From: an uncultured Gammaproteobacteria bacterium
GTDB lineage: Bacteria > Patescibacteriota > Microgenomatia > Levybacterales > UBA12049
Assembly: GCA_964416445.1 (NCBI GenBank)
Contig: CAYQEE010000002.1
Coordinates: forward strand, 42,691-106,690
Direction of reading: 5' to 3'
DNA length: 64,000 nt
Part shown: positions 8,908 to 18,042 of the stretch, piece by piece
How positions within the stretch are numbered: position 1 is the first letter of the stretch
Layout of the letters: each line of letters starts with the position of its first letter
The notes under the pieces: model-generated
What the model saw: only the letters and a program-made list of their open reading frames with translations
What the model was told of the DNA's origin: nothing
The model's database searches: none
Position numbers and translations under genes: made by a program

Positions 8908-10995
8908 ATGCAAGATAAAAAAGTGCGTTACTCTGTTACTTCAAGTAACATATTAAATTTTATCTGGGGCTTTTTCTTTATTATATTCCCTATATTCTTT
9001 CTTACATTTACAACTGAAAATTTTGTTTTACCAAAACAAATAATTGTAGGATTAATAGCTTTAGTTTCATTATTAGTTGTGGGGATAAGAACAGTATTAG
9101 ATAAAAAACTAATTTTTCGAGAATCATTTTTGGATTTACCAGTTTTCCTTTTTATACTCTCATTACTTTTATCGACTCTTTTTTCAGTAGATCGAATTAA
9201 CAGCATAATCACCTTTATTCCTGTTTTGTTTCTAGCAATTAGTTATTTCGTAATAACAAATACGGTAAGAACAGAACAAATCGCATTCTATTTCGTCTCA
9301 GCAATACTGTTAAGTGGATGTATCATAGCATTATTAGCAATCTTTACCTTTTTGAAAGCTTATATCATTCCTTTCGGATTCACTCATGTACAGTCATTTT
9401 CTCCTTTAGGAAGTCTTCTAGACCAAGCAATCTACTTAGCAGCATTAATTCCCATCACTCTTTACTTTTCGTATCCTATGCTTAAGGGCAAAAATGATGG
9501 AAGAGTATTAAGCTTTGGAATTATTTCCCTAATTTTACTTGCAGGTTTTGGAATTAGTGTTTATCAATTATTTACCTCCCAAAAACCAATAATTTTGCCT
9601 TTTACCACAGGATTCCAAATTGCATTTGCAGCAATTTCTCAAGATAGTCCAAGAATTGCACAGGGCTTCTTTCTTGGAAGTGGATTTGGTACATTCTTTA
9701 CAGCGTTTACTCGATTTAAGCAGCCTGCTTTCAATATTTATCAAAATCTCTGGTTTCTTAATTTCACCCAGTCAACGACTTTTCTCCTTGAATTACTCAC
9801 AACAACAGGATTATTAGGTGTATTATCATTCCTATTTATTCTTGCAAGAGCATTAACAAAACCATTTAAAACTATTGATAATCCTCTCTTCTTTTCGATC
9901 GTTATACTAGGAATTACCGCATTTGTTTTCCCTTATTCTTTTACTATCCTTGCGTTATTATTCTTTTTATTAGCAATATTCTCAGCAGCTGAAGGCATGA
10001 AAAATCCAGAGAAGTCATTTGATCTCGAGTTATCCCTAATTGCACTAAAAAAAAATCTATTCAACATTCATTCAGAACAACATGGTTCACACAAACCAAG
10101 TCAAGCATTACCAATAACGTTTTTAATATTAGTACTCATAGTTACAGGTTTAATTGGATTCTTTTCTGTAAAATATGTCATTGCAGACATCCTTTTTGAT
10201 CAATCATTAGTAGCAGCTGCAAACAACAATGGTTCAATAACTTATCAAAAACAAGTTGATGCAATTACCATGTTTCCCTACAATGATGGTTTTTACCGAA
10301 TATTTTCACAAACAAACTTATCTATAGCAAATTCATTACTCGCATTAAACGCAAGTCATCAATCCTCAAATTCTCAGAATCAATCAACGGCTCTAAATCT
10401 CATTCAACAATCAATTAATGTAGCTCGAACAGCTACAACATTGTCGCCTATGGACACATTAAATTGGCAGAATCTAGCTTCAGTCTACCGTAGTTTAATT
10501 AATTTTGGTCAAAATGCTGATCAGTTTGCAATTGCAACAACACAACAAGCAATTGTGTTAGACTCAGCTAATCCCCAAGAATACCTGACACTAGGAGGAA
10601 TTTATTACCAACTTGGTCAATATGATAATGCAATAAGACAATTCCAAATTGCTGTAAATCTTAAGCCAGATTATCCAAATGCCTATTACAATTTGGGACA
10701 TGCATATGAAGCCAAGGGAGATTTACAAAACGCCCTCAGTAATTATCAAGCCGTTAGGACATTAATCCAAAGTGATAAAACTAATCTTGCTAAAATAAAT
10801 AGTGAAATTGATGCATTGAATTCGAAAATAAATAGTAATACGAGTCAATCTCAAACAAATACCAAGCCAACAACTGAAGTTACACCATCAGCAACTCCTC
10901 AACAATTAAACTTAAATCAATCAACAACACAACTTCCAAAACAAACAAACCAAATTAAGTTACCTCCTCCAACGGCAACTAATTCAGCAAAATAA
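8908..10995 (+). CDS. Polytopic membrane protein (O-antigen ligase/Wzy_C-like) with C-terminal TPR repeats
   Basis: About 12 hydrophobic helices, FLGSGFGTF and TTTGLLG motifs, TPRs (YLTLGGIYYQLGQYDNA, AYYNLGHAY), S/T/Q/P-rich tail. Confidence 0.75.
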   Translation: MQDKKVRYSVTSSNILNFIWGFFFIIFPIFFLTFTTENFVLPKQIIVGLIALVSLLVVGIRTVLDKKLIFRESFLDLPVFLFILSLLLSTLFSVDRINSIITFIPVLFLAISYFVITNTVRTEQIAFYFVSAILLSGCIIALLAIFTFLKAYIIPFGFTHVQSFSPLGSLLDQAIYLAALIPITLYFSYPMLKGKNDGRVLSFGIISLILLAGFGISVYQLFTSQKPIILPFTTGFQIAFAAISQDSPRIAQGFFLGSGFGTFFTAFTRFKQPAFNIYQNLWFLNFTQSTTFLLELLTTTGLLGVLSFLFILARALTKPFKTIDNPLFFSIVILGITAFVFPYSFTILALLFFLLAIFSAAEGMKNPEKSFDLELSLIALKKNLFNIHSEQHGSHKPSQALPITFLILVLIVTGLIGFFSVKYVIADILFDQSLVAAANNNGSITYQKQVDAITMFPYNDGFYRIFSQTNLSIANSLLALNASHQSSNSQNQSTALNLIQQSINVARTATTLSPMDTLNWQNLASVYRSLINFGQNADQFAIATTQQAIVLDSANPQEYLTLGGIYYQLGQYDNAIRQFQIAVNLKPDYPNAYYNLGHAYEAKGDLQNALSNYQAVRTLIQSDKTNLAKINSEIDALNSKINSNTSQSQTNTKPTTEVTPSATPQQLNLNQSTTQLPKQTNQIKLPPPTATNSAK

Positions 10996-11012
10996 TAACT
11001 ATTACGAATAAA

Positions 11013-12362
11013 TCATTTGTTATTAACTCCTTGAAGATATTCACTAATTGAATTCCAGAAATAATGTACTCCATGGGGGCTCAATTCTGAGAAATTATTC
11101 GTTTCGTCTTTCTTATGTACCATTTGAAGAAGTAGATGGCTCTTTAAAGCCCACAGAATGAATTGAGACGCTTTATTTGGATTATTCGGCAATATCAATG
11201 CTCTCCAATTCAAAGCATTTAAATAAAGCTCATCTGATTGTAAAACGTTTATCCCTTTGTCAGCTTTCTCCCATAATTTATGCAATTCACTACTCTGAGG
11301 AATTAATTTATGTCTCTGAAGAAATGCTAGATTGTCAAATTCTTGCCTCCCTACTGGCTCTGAGAAAAACATCAATGACCCTCCCCTCCTCCTAGGATTT
11401 ATCAATGCTTTAAAAGCTTGCTCGCTGGGCTTTGTTATTTCTAGTGAAATAATTTCATTTAAATATGCTTGCTCATACATATTCACAACTTCTCTATCAG
11501 CTACAGAAACATGTAAATCAACTGAAGTCCAAGGTAATATTGTTTGAAGAAAGGTTTGAGTATAAGGTGCAGATTTTGCAATAACATGAAATTTGAACCT
11601 ATTGCTTGCTTTCGTTAAAATACTGATAATTGATGAATAAAAACTCATTCCAACCGCAGCCCCAGAAATAGGAACAACAAAATGTATCAGACTATGACTT
11701 TCAGGATCTAATTGCTCTATTCTTTTTTTATGCTCATCGTGTGACAACAAACTAACAAAGAGCGGGCTAATTGGATACGGATTTACAATAAATTTAACAG
11801 GAGCTAATTTAGCTTGTTTTGCATATTGTTGTAATTTAGAAACAGTCTGATGACTAGGAGAGAAAATTATATCCGCATCCGGAACATACCATAATTTCTG
11901 AGGAGAATCATCAGTTATCTGAACAATTAATACGATTTTTATGTTTTTTTCTCTTTCTAATCTTTTTTTTATTGCACTTAATTGATGCGCAAGACCAAAG
12001 TGAGTTGCAACAACAATAATAGTTTCTGGTATGTCGATTCTTTGATCAAGGATAGTTGTTAACTGTTGATACAACAGCTCTCCATGAGATCTAAGATAGG
12101 TTTTATAAAAGTAAGTAAAGATGTTTTCGCCAATACCACTTTGAGACCACTCCATCAATGCACGAGTTGCTGGATGAATACTGACAAATCGATAAATATT
12201 GCTAATAGATTGATCCTGTGATCCAAGAAGTACCGGGGTAATAGCTTGCGGCAAACCATGATATAACGCGTCAGATACCCTTAAGTGGCCAAAACCAACA
12301 GGGGCATATGCAAAAATTAGTATAAATGGTTTTTTACCTAATACTGCTGCTAAATCCGACAT
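11013..12362 (-). CDS. Putative GT-B fold glycosyltransferase-like protein (MGDG synthase/DUF6938-like)
   Basis: GFGHLR N-terminal loop, VATH, ITDD, TKPSE and PVGRQE..N motifs. Confidence 0.55.
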   Translation of the reverse strand: MSDLAAVLGKKPFILIFAYAPVGFGHLRVSDALYHGLPQAITPVLLGSQDQSISNIYRFVSIHPATRALMEWSQSGIGENIFTYFYKTYLRSHGELLYQQLTTILDQRIDIPETIIVVATHFGLAHQLSAIKKRLEREKNIKIVLIVQITDDSPQKLWYVPDADIIFSPSHQTVSKLQQYAKQAKLAPVKFIVNPYPISPLFVSLLSHDEHKKRIEQLDPESHSLIHFVVPISGAAVGMSFYSSIISILTKASNRFKFHVIAKSAPYTQTFLQTILPWTSVDLHVSVADREVVNMYEQAYLNEIISLEITKPSEQAFKALINPRRRGGSLMFFSEPVGRQEFDNLAFLQRHKLIPQSSELHKLWEKADKGINVLQSDELYLNALNWRALILPNNPNKASQFILWALKSHLLLQMVHKKDETNNFSELSPHGVHYFWNSISEYLQGVNNK

Positions 12363-12406
12363 ATAGATAGTCTATCGAAGTTATGTTAATCAAGCAACAC
12401 GATTAA

Positions 12407-12436
12407 CAAAAACAAGCACTCATATGAGTGCTTGTT
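12407..12436 (-). terminator. Intrinsic terminator after the CxxC-x17-CxxC gene
   Basis: Perfect palindrome AACAAGCACTCATATGAGTGCTTGTT followed by T-run on the minus strand. Confidence 0.7.
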
Positions 12437-12459
12437 CAAAAGAAATATTTCTTTTTCTA

Positions 12460-12771
12460 TTATGCAGCCCGTTTGTCTCTAAAACAGTCTCTACATAATA
12501 CTGGTCTATCACCTTTTGGCTGAAATGGGACGGTATCTTTTCGTCCACATTGAGCACAAGTGATTTCAAACATTTGTTTTTGACCACCACCAAATCCACC
12601 ACTTCGTCCTCCACTATCACCCATTCTCTGTTTTTTAAGAGATCGACAATTAGGACATCGAACTGGAGCATTTTGAAAACCCTTTTTCTGATAGAAATCT
12701 TGTTCTGAAGCAGTCCAAACAAATTGCTTTCCGCAATCGCGGCATGTTAAATTTTTATCTTGAAATTGCAT
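12460..12771 (-). CDS. Zinc-ribbon / CxxC-x17-CxxC domain protein
   Basis: DKNLTCRDCG..F.WTASEQDFY..KGF.NAPVRCPNCR and CAQCG....VPFQPKGDRPVLCRDCF; GGAGGTGA SD upstream. Confidence 0.9.
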   Translation of the reverse strand: MQFQDKNLTCRDCGKQFVWTASEQDFYQKKGFQNAPVRCPNCRSLKKQRMGDSGGRSGGFGGGQKQMFEITCAQCGRKDTVPFQPKGDRPVLCRDCFRDKRAA

Positions 12772-12905
12772 TACTAGTCACCTCCTCTTGAATCTTATTT
12801 TCCAATTGTATACCTTTGCTGGCTTTCCAGAGAAGGTGAACCTTGGACAATTCGTTTGGATAAGTATAGGGTAAAAGGCCTAAAATAGCAAATGCGACTT
12901 TTGAG

Positions 12906-12976
12906 TGGACCCGAGGGGAATCGAACCCCTTACTCTTCCATGCCATGGAAGCATGTTACCGGTATACCACGGGCCC
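12906..12976 (-). tRNA. tRNA-Ala(GGC)
   Basis: Cloverleaf GGGCCCG...CGGGTCCA, G3:U70 pair, anticodon arm CTTCC-ATGGCAT-GGAAG, GGTTCGATTCC T-arm. Confidence 0.93.
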
Positions 12977-12993
12977 AGAAATAACTAATTCAG

Positions 12994-13066
12994 TGGACCT
13001 GAGCGGATTCGAACCGCTGATCTCCACAATGCGAATGTGGCGCATTACCAACTGTGCTACAGGCCC
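12994..13066 (-). tRNA. tRNA-Ala(CGC)
   Basis: GGGCCTG...CAGGTCCA, G3:U70, anticodon arm CCACA-TTCGCAT-TGTGG, GGTTCGAATCC. Confidence 0.93.
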
Positions 13067-13104
13067 ACATATGATTCAAATCTTATACTCTATTATACAC
13101 ACTT

Positions 13105-14247
13105 CTACTGAACGTATGGAAGTGGATTTACAGTAACATTGTTTTTCCTAATTTCAAAATGAACATGTGGACCAGTAGTATGACCGGTTACACCAATATA
13201 CCCTACAATAGTTTTTCCTCCAATTACATCTTGTCCAACACTTACTGCTACGGCAGACATGTGAGCATATAAACTAGTAATGCCATCTCCATGATCAACA
13301 ACAACATTCGTACCATACCCATAATTCCATCCACCAACCTCTACTCGCAAGACTTTTCCATTTTTTGTTGCTACTATTGGTGACCCAATTGGCGCAGCAA
13401 TATCCAATGCCATATGATACCAAACAGGATATTGAGTAACCAACCCATTTGAAGGCCAGTAATACCCTCCGGACGAAACAACGGAACCAGGTTGAATTTG
13501 AGAAACATAGGACTGTTGTTCAGTTGGGGTAGCATGTTCTGATGGTATTACACCATCAGGAACAATTAAAATTTCACCAGCAACTAGAGAAAAAGTTTCA
13601 GGATTTGCAAATTCATTAAATGGCCAGTTAACAATTTTTTCAGCATCTACACCAAAATGTTTCGCAATAGTATAAATTGTATCACCTTTCTGTACTTTAT
13701 ACGCTATTCCAGTGACTGGCAAGATGCGTAACATATCTCCAACGCTTAAATCATCGTTGCTTAAATTGTTTTCCCAACGAATCGTATCTTGAGAAATACC
13801 AAATTTATCAGCTATTGTTGAAATTGTATCTCCTCTTTCAACGGTATAATCAATAATTTGATCACGCGGTTTTTGAGAAATATTCGTTTGAAAAATATTA
13901 TTATCAGCAATTATTGATTGCGTGGAAGATGAAGGCGATGGCAATTGATTGACTGCAGATGCCTTTCCAGACAAGATAGGATAGGTATCTGCAATGAAGG
14001 GACCAACTAACACCCCAATGATTATGATACCCATCGTGGCTATATGAAGAAAGGGTCTATTATAACGACCTCTCTTCATAAGAAGGAATTTAACAAGAAT
14101 ATTTTTATTTTTTTCAAACCATAAGAATGTTTTAGTTAGCTTTTTCTTAATATAAAAAAGAAAATATTCCCCAAATAATTTTGCGTCATGCAATCTATTA
14201 GGAAAAAATCGTGATATAACTTTAAAACCTTCGAGAATATGAAACAT
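13105..14247 (-). CDS. LysM-repeat M23 family peptidoglycan endopeptidase
   Basis: TM helix, two LysM domains (YTVERGDTISTIA, YKVQKGDTIYTIA), HMALD, YAHM and TGPHVHFE motifs. Confidence 0.92.
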   Translation of the reverse strand: MFHILEGFKVISRFFPNRLHDAKLFGEYFLFYIKKKLTKTFLWFEKNKNILVKFLLMKRGRYNRPFLHIATMGIIIIGVLVGPFIADTYPILSGKASAVNQLPSPSSSTQSIIADNNIFQTNISQKPRDQIIDYTVERGDTISTIADKFGISQDTIRWENNLSNDDLSVGDMLRILPVTGIAYKVQKGDTIYTIAKHFGVDAEKIVNWPFNEFANPETFSLVAGEILIVPDGVIPSEHATPTEQQSYVSQIQPGSVVSSGGYYWPSNGLVTQYPVWYHMALDIAAPIGSPIVATKNGKVLRVEVGGWNYGYGTNVVVDHGDGITSLYAHMSAVAVSVGQDVIGGKTIVGYIGVTGHTTGPHVHFEIRKNNVTVNPLPYVQ

Positions 14248-14299
14248 GTGGGTGAAAAAGATGGTAACAAACTTATTAATTTATGTCAAATTAGTAAGC

Positions 14300-15634
14300 T
14301 TATTTACCAAGATTAGTCAAAAATTCTTCGTTAGTCTGTGTTCTTTCAAGTTGTTGTATCATGATATCAGTTCGTTCTTCCTCACTGAGCATTTCAATCA
14401 TCCTTCGAAACGTATTTATCTTTTTCATATACTCTGGACCAAATAACAAATGTTCTTGTCTTGTTCCTGATCGAGAGATATTGATTGAAGGAAAAATTCT
14501 TCTTTCTGCAAGTTTTCTGTCAAGATGTAATTCCATGTTACCTGTTCCTTTAAATTCTTCATAAATTAAATCATCCATACGCGAACCTGTATCTACCAAA
14601 GCGGTACCAATAATTGTTAATGAACCACCTTCTTGACAGTTACGAGCTGCACCAAAGAATCGTTTTGCTGGCCACAAAGCGGCAGGATCAAATCCTCCTG
14701 AAAGCGTTCTCCCGCTAGGAGCAACAGATAGATTATATGCTCGTGCAAGACGAGTGATTGAATCCAAAAGGATAATTACATCTTTACCTTGTTCAACCAA
14801 CCGCTTAGCTCTCTCTAAAGTAATTTCTGCTACTCTCGTTTGATTTTCAGGAGCTTCGTCAAAATGTGAAGCTACCACATCTCCCTTAACTGACATACTG
14901 ATATCGGTAACTTCTTCCGGCCTTTCGCCTATTAAAGCGGCCATAAGAACTGCTTGAGGAAAGTTTGCCGTAATTCCTGCAGCTATTTCTTTAATAATGG
15001 TTGTTTTTCCAGCTTTTGGTGGAGAAACAATCATACCTCTTTGTCCAAAACCTATGGGAGAGATTAAATCAATCATTCTGGTAGAAAGTGGATTTTTACC
15101 TGTCGTAAGTACAACTTGTTTTTTAGGATAGATTGGAGTTAAATCATCAAAATAAGGCCGTTTTATTGCGCTATCTGCTACAGTATCATTAACCTTCTCA
15201 ACCTTAAGAAGTCCAAAATAACGTTCATTATCCTTCGGAGGCCTTGCCAAACCTGCTACCAAATCACCTGGACGCAAGAGAAACCGTCTTATTTGTGATT
15301 GAGAAATATAAATATCCCTACTTGAAGGAATGTATTTAGGTCTTAAGAATCCATGACCTTCAGGTTGCAAATCTAAAATCCCTGCAACACTTTCTGTAGG
15401 ACCTTGATTAGCAAAATTAAAAGATTGGGATGTATGACTATGTTGATAAGGACGTTGTTCTGGTGCATTTGTTGTACTTGAAGCAACTTTTGGTGTAACA
15501 AATGCTGTTTGAGTAGGCTCTGATACCGACTCTTTAACTATTGGTTGTACTGTCTCTACAACAGGGGTCACACCACTCGGTGCTTGACCTACTAAATCGT
15601 CAGCCGTGTTTTTTTGAACTTTTTTATAAGGCAT
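14300..15634 (-). CDS. rho: Transcription termination factor Rho
   Basis: GFLR, DIYISQSQIRRF, PPKAGKT Walker A, LLDSITRLARAYN, EEFKGTGNMELHL. Confidence 0.97.
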   Translation of the reverse strand: MPYKKVQKNTADDLVGQAPSGVTPVVETVQPIVKESVSEPTQTAFVTPKVASSTTNAPEQRPYQHSHTSQSFNFANQGPTESVAGILDLQPEGHGFLRPKYIPSSRDIYISQSQIRRFLLRPGDLVAGLARPPKDNERYFGLLKVEKVNDTVADSAIKRPYFDDLTPIYPKKQVVLTTGKNPLSTRMIDLISPIGFGQRGMIVSPPKAGKTTIIKEIAAGITANFPQAVLMAALIGERPEEVTDISMSVKGDVVASHFDEAPENQTRVAEITLERAKRLVEQGKDVIILLDSITRLARAYNLSVAPSGRTLSGGFDPAALWPAKRFFGAARNCQEGGSLTIIGTALVDTGSRMDDLIYEEFKGTGNMELHLDRKLAERRIFPSINISRSGTRQEHLLFGPEYMKKINTFRRMIEMLSEEERTDIMIQQLERTQTNEEFLTNLGK

Positions 15635-15810
15635 AAAGGAAATTAACTTTAATATTTCATCAATGGGATATACACTATTGTTGAATGCTATGAAGATACT
15701 CTAGCTTAATTGTACATATTACATCATATCTCATCATTATTGTCAATAAGCAAAGTGTAATTAGACAATCATGCTTGCAAAAATCACTACAGGATGATAA
15801 AATTGCGTCA

Positions 15811-16488
15811 ATGAAAAAACTGTACATTTTAACTCTCTTAGCTGGATTCCTAACGCTTGCTTGTTCCCCCATTTATGCAGATGGCAGTATGGGAAATGTG
15901 ACGATTAGTAAGACCGTATTGAATCCACAAACAAAAACGTATGTAAAAAACCTTGGCATAGGAGATGCTATTTATCATCCAGGCGACACAGTAATTTTTC
16001 ATATTACACTTACAAATACAGGCTCACAAAATGTTCAACAATTAGTTGTTAAAGATATTTTTCCTCAATATTTGAATTTTGTATCCGGTGTTGGTAGTTA
16101 CGACCAAAAGAACAAAATTCTTTCATTTATTATCTATAATTTAAAGCCAAATACGACGCAATCATATGCAGTATCAACACAAGTAGTTCCTGCTAGTCAA
16201 TTTCCTACTAATCAACAACAATTATGTCTTATGAATAAAGCTACGGTTTTATTTGGACAGAATCAATTAACACAAGATTTATCCCAATTTTGTATTCAAT
16301 CGCTAAATCCAACGACACAATCAAGTCAGCCTGCCACAAGCAGTAATCAACCTGTTTATCCCCCAACGAAAACAAAAACTTCACCTTCTACCGGACCTTC
16401 TTCATTTATTATTCTTAGCTTATTATTTCTCGCATCAGTTGGTTTTATTTTAATAAAGAAAACTCACAATTTCATATCTATCTCCTAA
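15811..16488 (+). CDS. Secreted DUF11-like Ig-domain protein with LPXTG-like C-terminal anchor
   Basis: ATG 15811 begins a signal peptide (MKKLYIL...IYA-D); PGDTV.F.I.LTNTG...V.D.FP DUF11 pattern; SPSTG then TM helix and basic residues. Confidence 0.7.
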   Translation: MKKLYILTLLAGFLTLACSPIYADGSMGNVTISKTVLNPQTKTYVKNLGIGDAIYHPGDTVIFHITLTNTGSQNVQQLVVKDIFPQYLNFVSGVGSYDQKNKILSFIIYNLKPNTTQSYAVSTQVVPASQFPTNQQQLCLMNKATVLFGQNQLTQDLSQFCIQSLNPTTQSSQPATSSNQPVYPPTKTKTSPSTGPSSFIILSLLFLASVGFILIKKTHNFISIS

Positions 16489-16579
16489 TAAAGTTAACTA
16501 TATAGAAAATAATTGATATTTTCACTTCATAAGATTAGCTATCAATTTGCAAATCGTAAGTATGAGTTAATATAAAAAT

Positions 16580-16608
16580 TTGACAAATATAGCATTCCTT
16601 GTTAAACT
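16580..16608 (+). promoter_or_regulatory. sigma70-like promoter of the GT2 gene
   Basis: TTGACA, 17-nt spacer, TAAACT with TG extension; predicts a ~55-nt leader carrying three CTGCC motifs. Confidence 0.6.
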
Positions 16609-16669
16609 ATTCAACAATTCAAATCTTCTGCCTCTGCCCCTCGAAATCCTGCCTAATACATAATTCAAT

Positions 16670-17446
16670 ATGAATCAGTTTTCCGACAAGTTATCTCCTT
16701 TACTATCAGTTATTCTACCTATAAGAAACGCCGAATCGTATCTTTCTGATTGCTTAGATAGCCTTATTAACCAAAATTATTCTCGTATAGAAATCATAGC
16801 TATAGATGATTATTCAACTGACAAATCATGGAAAATCCTTAGAAAGTATAGAAAACTTGATAATCGGCTTAAAATATTTAGGAATGTTAAAAAATATGGA
16901 TTAGCAATAACCCTAAATAGGTGTTTAAAACGCGCAAAGGGAAAGTTTATCGTTTTTATGGATGCAAGAGATTCCATAACAAAAAACAAATTTCAAAAAC
17001 AATTACTGTACTTAATGGAAAATCAGAAAGTTGTGGCTGTGGGAACACAATGTATCTATTTAAGCGATAAAAACAAAAGAATAGGTAAAAGTTCATTCCC
17101 TAGTTTACACGAAGATATTTCAGAAAAACCTTTACATGGCATTTCAGTTCTCTTTGAAGGAATTATGATAAATAAATATCGAATTCCGAAAGACTTATTA
17201 TATTTTCCAACCTATAAGCACTTATTTCTATATACAGATATGGCTATGAAATTACTACAATACGGAAAATTAGCAAATCTATCTGAATATTTACATTTTC
17301 ATCGAAAACACGATTATGCTTTTCAATCAGGAACAAAACATGTCTTCTCGTTATTTAAATTATGGGTAACTTCAAGAACTCAATATGAAATTTCTCCTTC
17401 TTTAAGAGGAATCTTTTCTGGAATTCTAAAACCATCAACTTCATAA
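16670..17446 (+). CDS. Glycosyltransferase family 2
   Basis: SVILP.RNAE.YL..CL.SL..Q, IDDYSTD, AKGKFIVFMDARD. Confidence 0.9.
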   Translation: MNQFSDKLSPLLSVILPIRNAESYLSDCLDSLINQNYSRIEIIAIDDYSTDKSWKILRKYRKLDNRLKIFRNVKKYGLAITLNRCLKRAKGKFIVFMDARDSITKNKFQKQLLYLMENQKVVAVGTQCIYLSDKNKRIGKSSFPSLHEDISEKPLHGISVLFEGIMINKYRIPKDLLYFPTYKHLFLYTDMAMKLLQYGKLANLSEYLHFHRKHDYAFQSGTKHVFSLFKLWVTSRTQYEISPSLRGIFSGILKPSTS

Positions 17447-17623
17447 GTATCCCCAAGATATCCTCACTCATTAAAAAAAGTTATCCACATTTTTTAACAT
17501 GTAATATTTAGATTGATATGACGGCGTTTTTAAAGGATAATATAATATAGGCCTATGGTATTTTGGTGGATATTTTTCTATAGGTTGACAAAACAAGGGT
17601 CCTATGTTAGCATTTAATTCAAT

Positions 17624-17779
17624 ATGAGAATTTTTAAAGTAATTTATCATCGATTATTTGACCAGAAACAAGTTATTAACAAAGAAATCAAAGATGACCA
17701 AAATGAGTTGTTACGAATTGGAAGAGAACAATTTAAAAAGTTAACTAAGCTTGGTAAAGTACCAGTAGTTTTTTTGTAG
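17624..17779 (+). CDS. Small 51-aa hypothetical protein (below ORF-track cutoff)
   Basis: MRIFKVIYHRLFDQKQVINKEIKDDQNELLRIGREQFKKLTKLGKVPVVFL*; preceded by TTGACA (17585)-17 nt-TAGCAT (17608) with TG extension. Confidence 0.6.
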   Translation: MRIFKVIYHRLFDQKQVINKEIKDDQNELLRIGREQFKKLTKLGKVPVVFL

Positions 17780-17791
17780 AAATTGTAATAC

Positions 17792-17903
17792 AAAAAAAGA
17801 GCATCGCTTTCGTTACTCAAATAGATAAAGACTCGGTACGAAAAGCAATGCTCTTGTGATTTTGCAATTAGTCCTTAAAGGCAGGATAAAAACTAAGTGC
17901 AAC
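17792..17903 (-). ncRNA. Candidate ~110-nt two-hairpin small RNA
   Basis: TTGACA at 17937-17932 with imperfect -10; hairpin 17902-17862 with loop UCCUGCCUU; second stem 17855-17797 followed by a U-run; G-U wobbles favour the minus strand in both stems. Confidence 0.45.
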
Positions 17904-17995
17904 TATAATTAATACAGGAAACGAAAATATTTGTCAAGAAAAATTGACGAAGCTAAAAATAATAGATTTTACTGTTAATACAATATTTTTTTAGT

Positions 17996-18042
17996 CTTTA
18001 ATGAAGTAAGAAAGTTGGGCAGGCTTTCTTACTTCGTTAAAG
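17996..18042. repeat. 19-bp inverted repeat with TTGGGCAGG loop
   Basis: CTTTAATGAAGTAAGAAAG / CTTTCTTACTTCGTTAAAG, one G-U pair on the plus strand. Confidence 0.85.

Noticed and set aside
12365-12391. dif-like site (TTATGTTAAT resembles the XerD arm)
   Set aside because: No matching XerC arm at the 6-nt spacing; the sequence sits in the promoter region of 11013-12362
12420-12722. 100-aa alternative-frame ORF
   Set aside because: Overlaps the well-supported CxxC-x17-CxxC gene on the same strand and has no recognisable motif
12755-13136. 63-aa ORFs at 12755-12946 and 12945-13136
   Set aside because: They overlap the two tRNA-Ala genes
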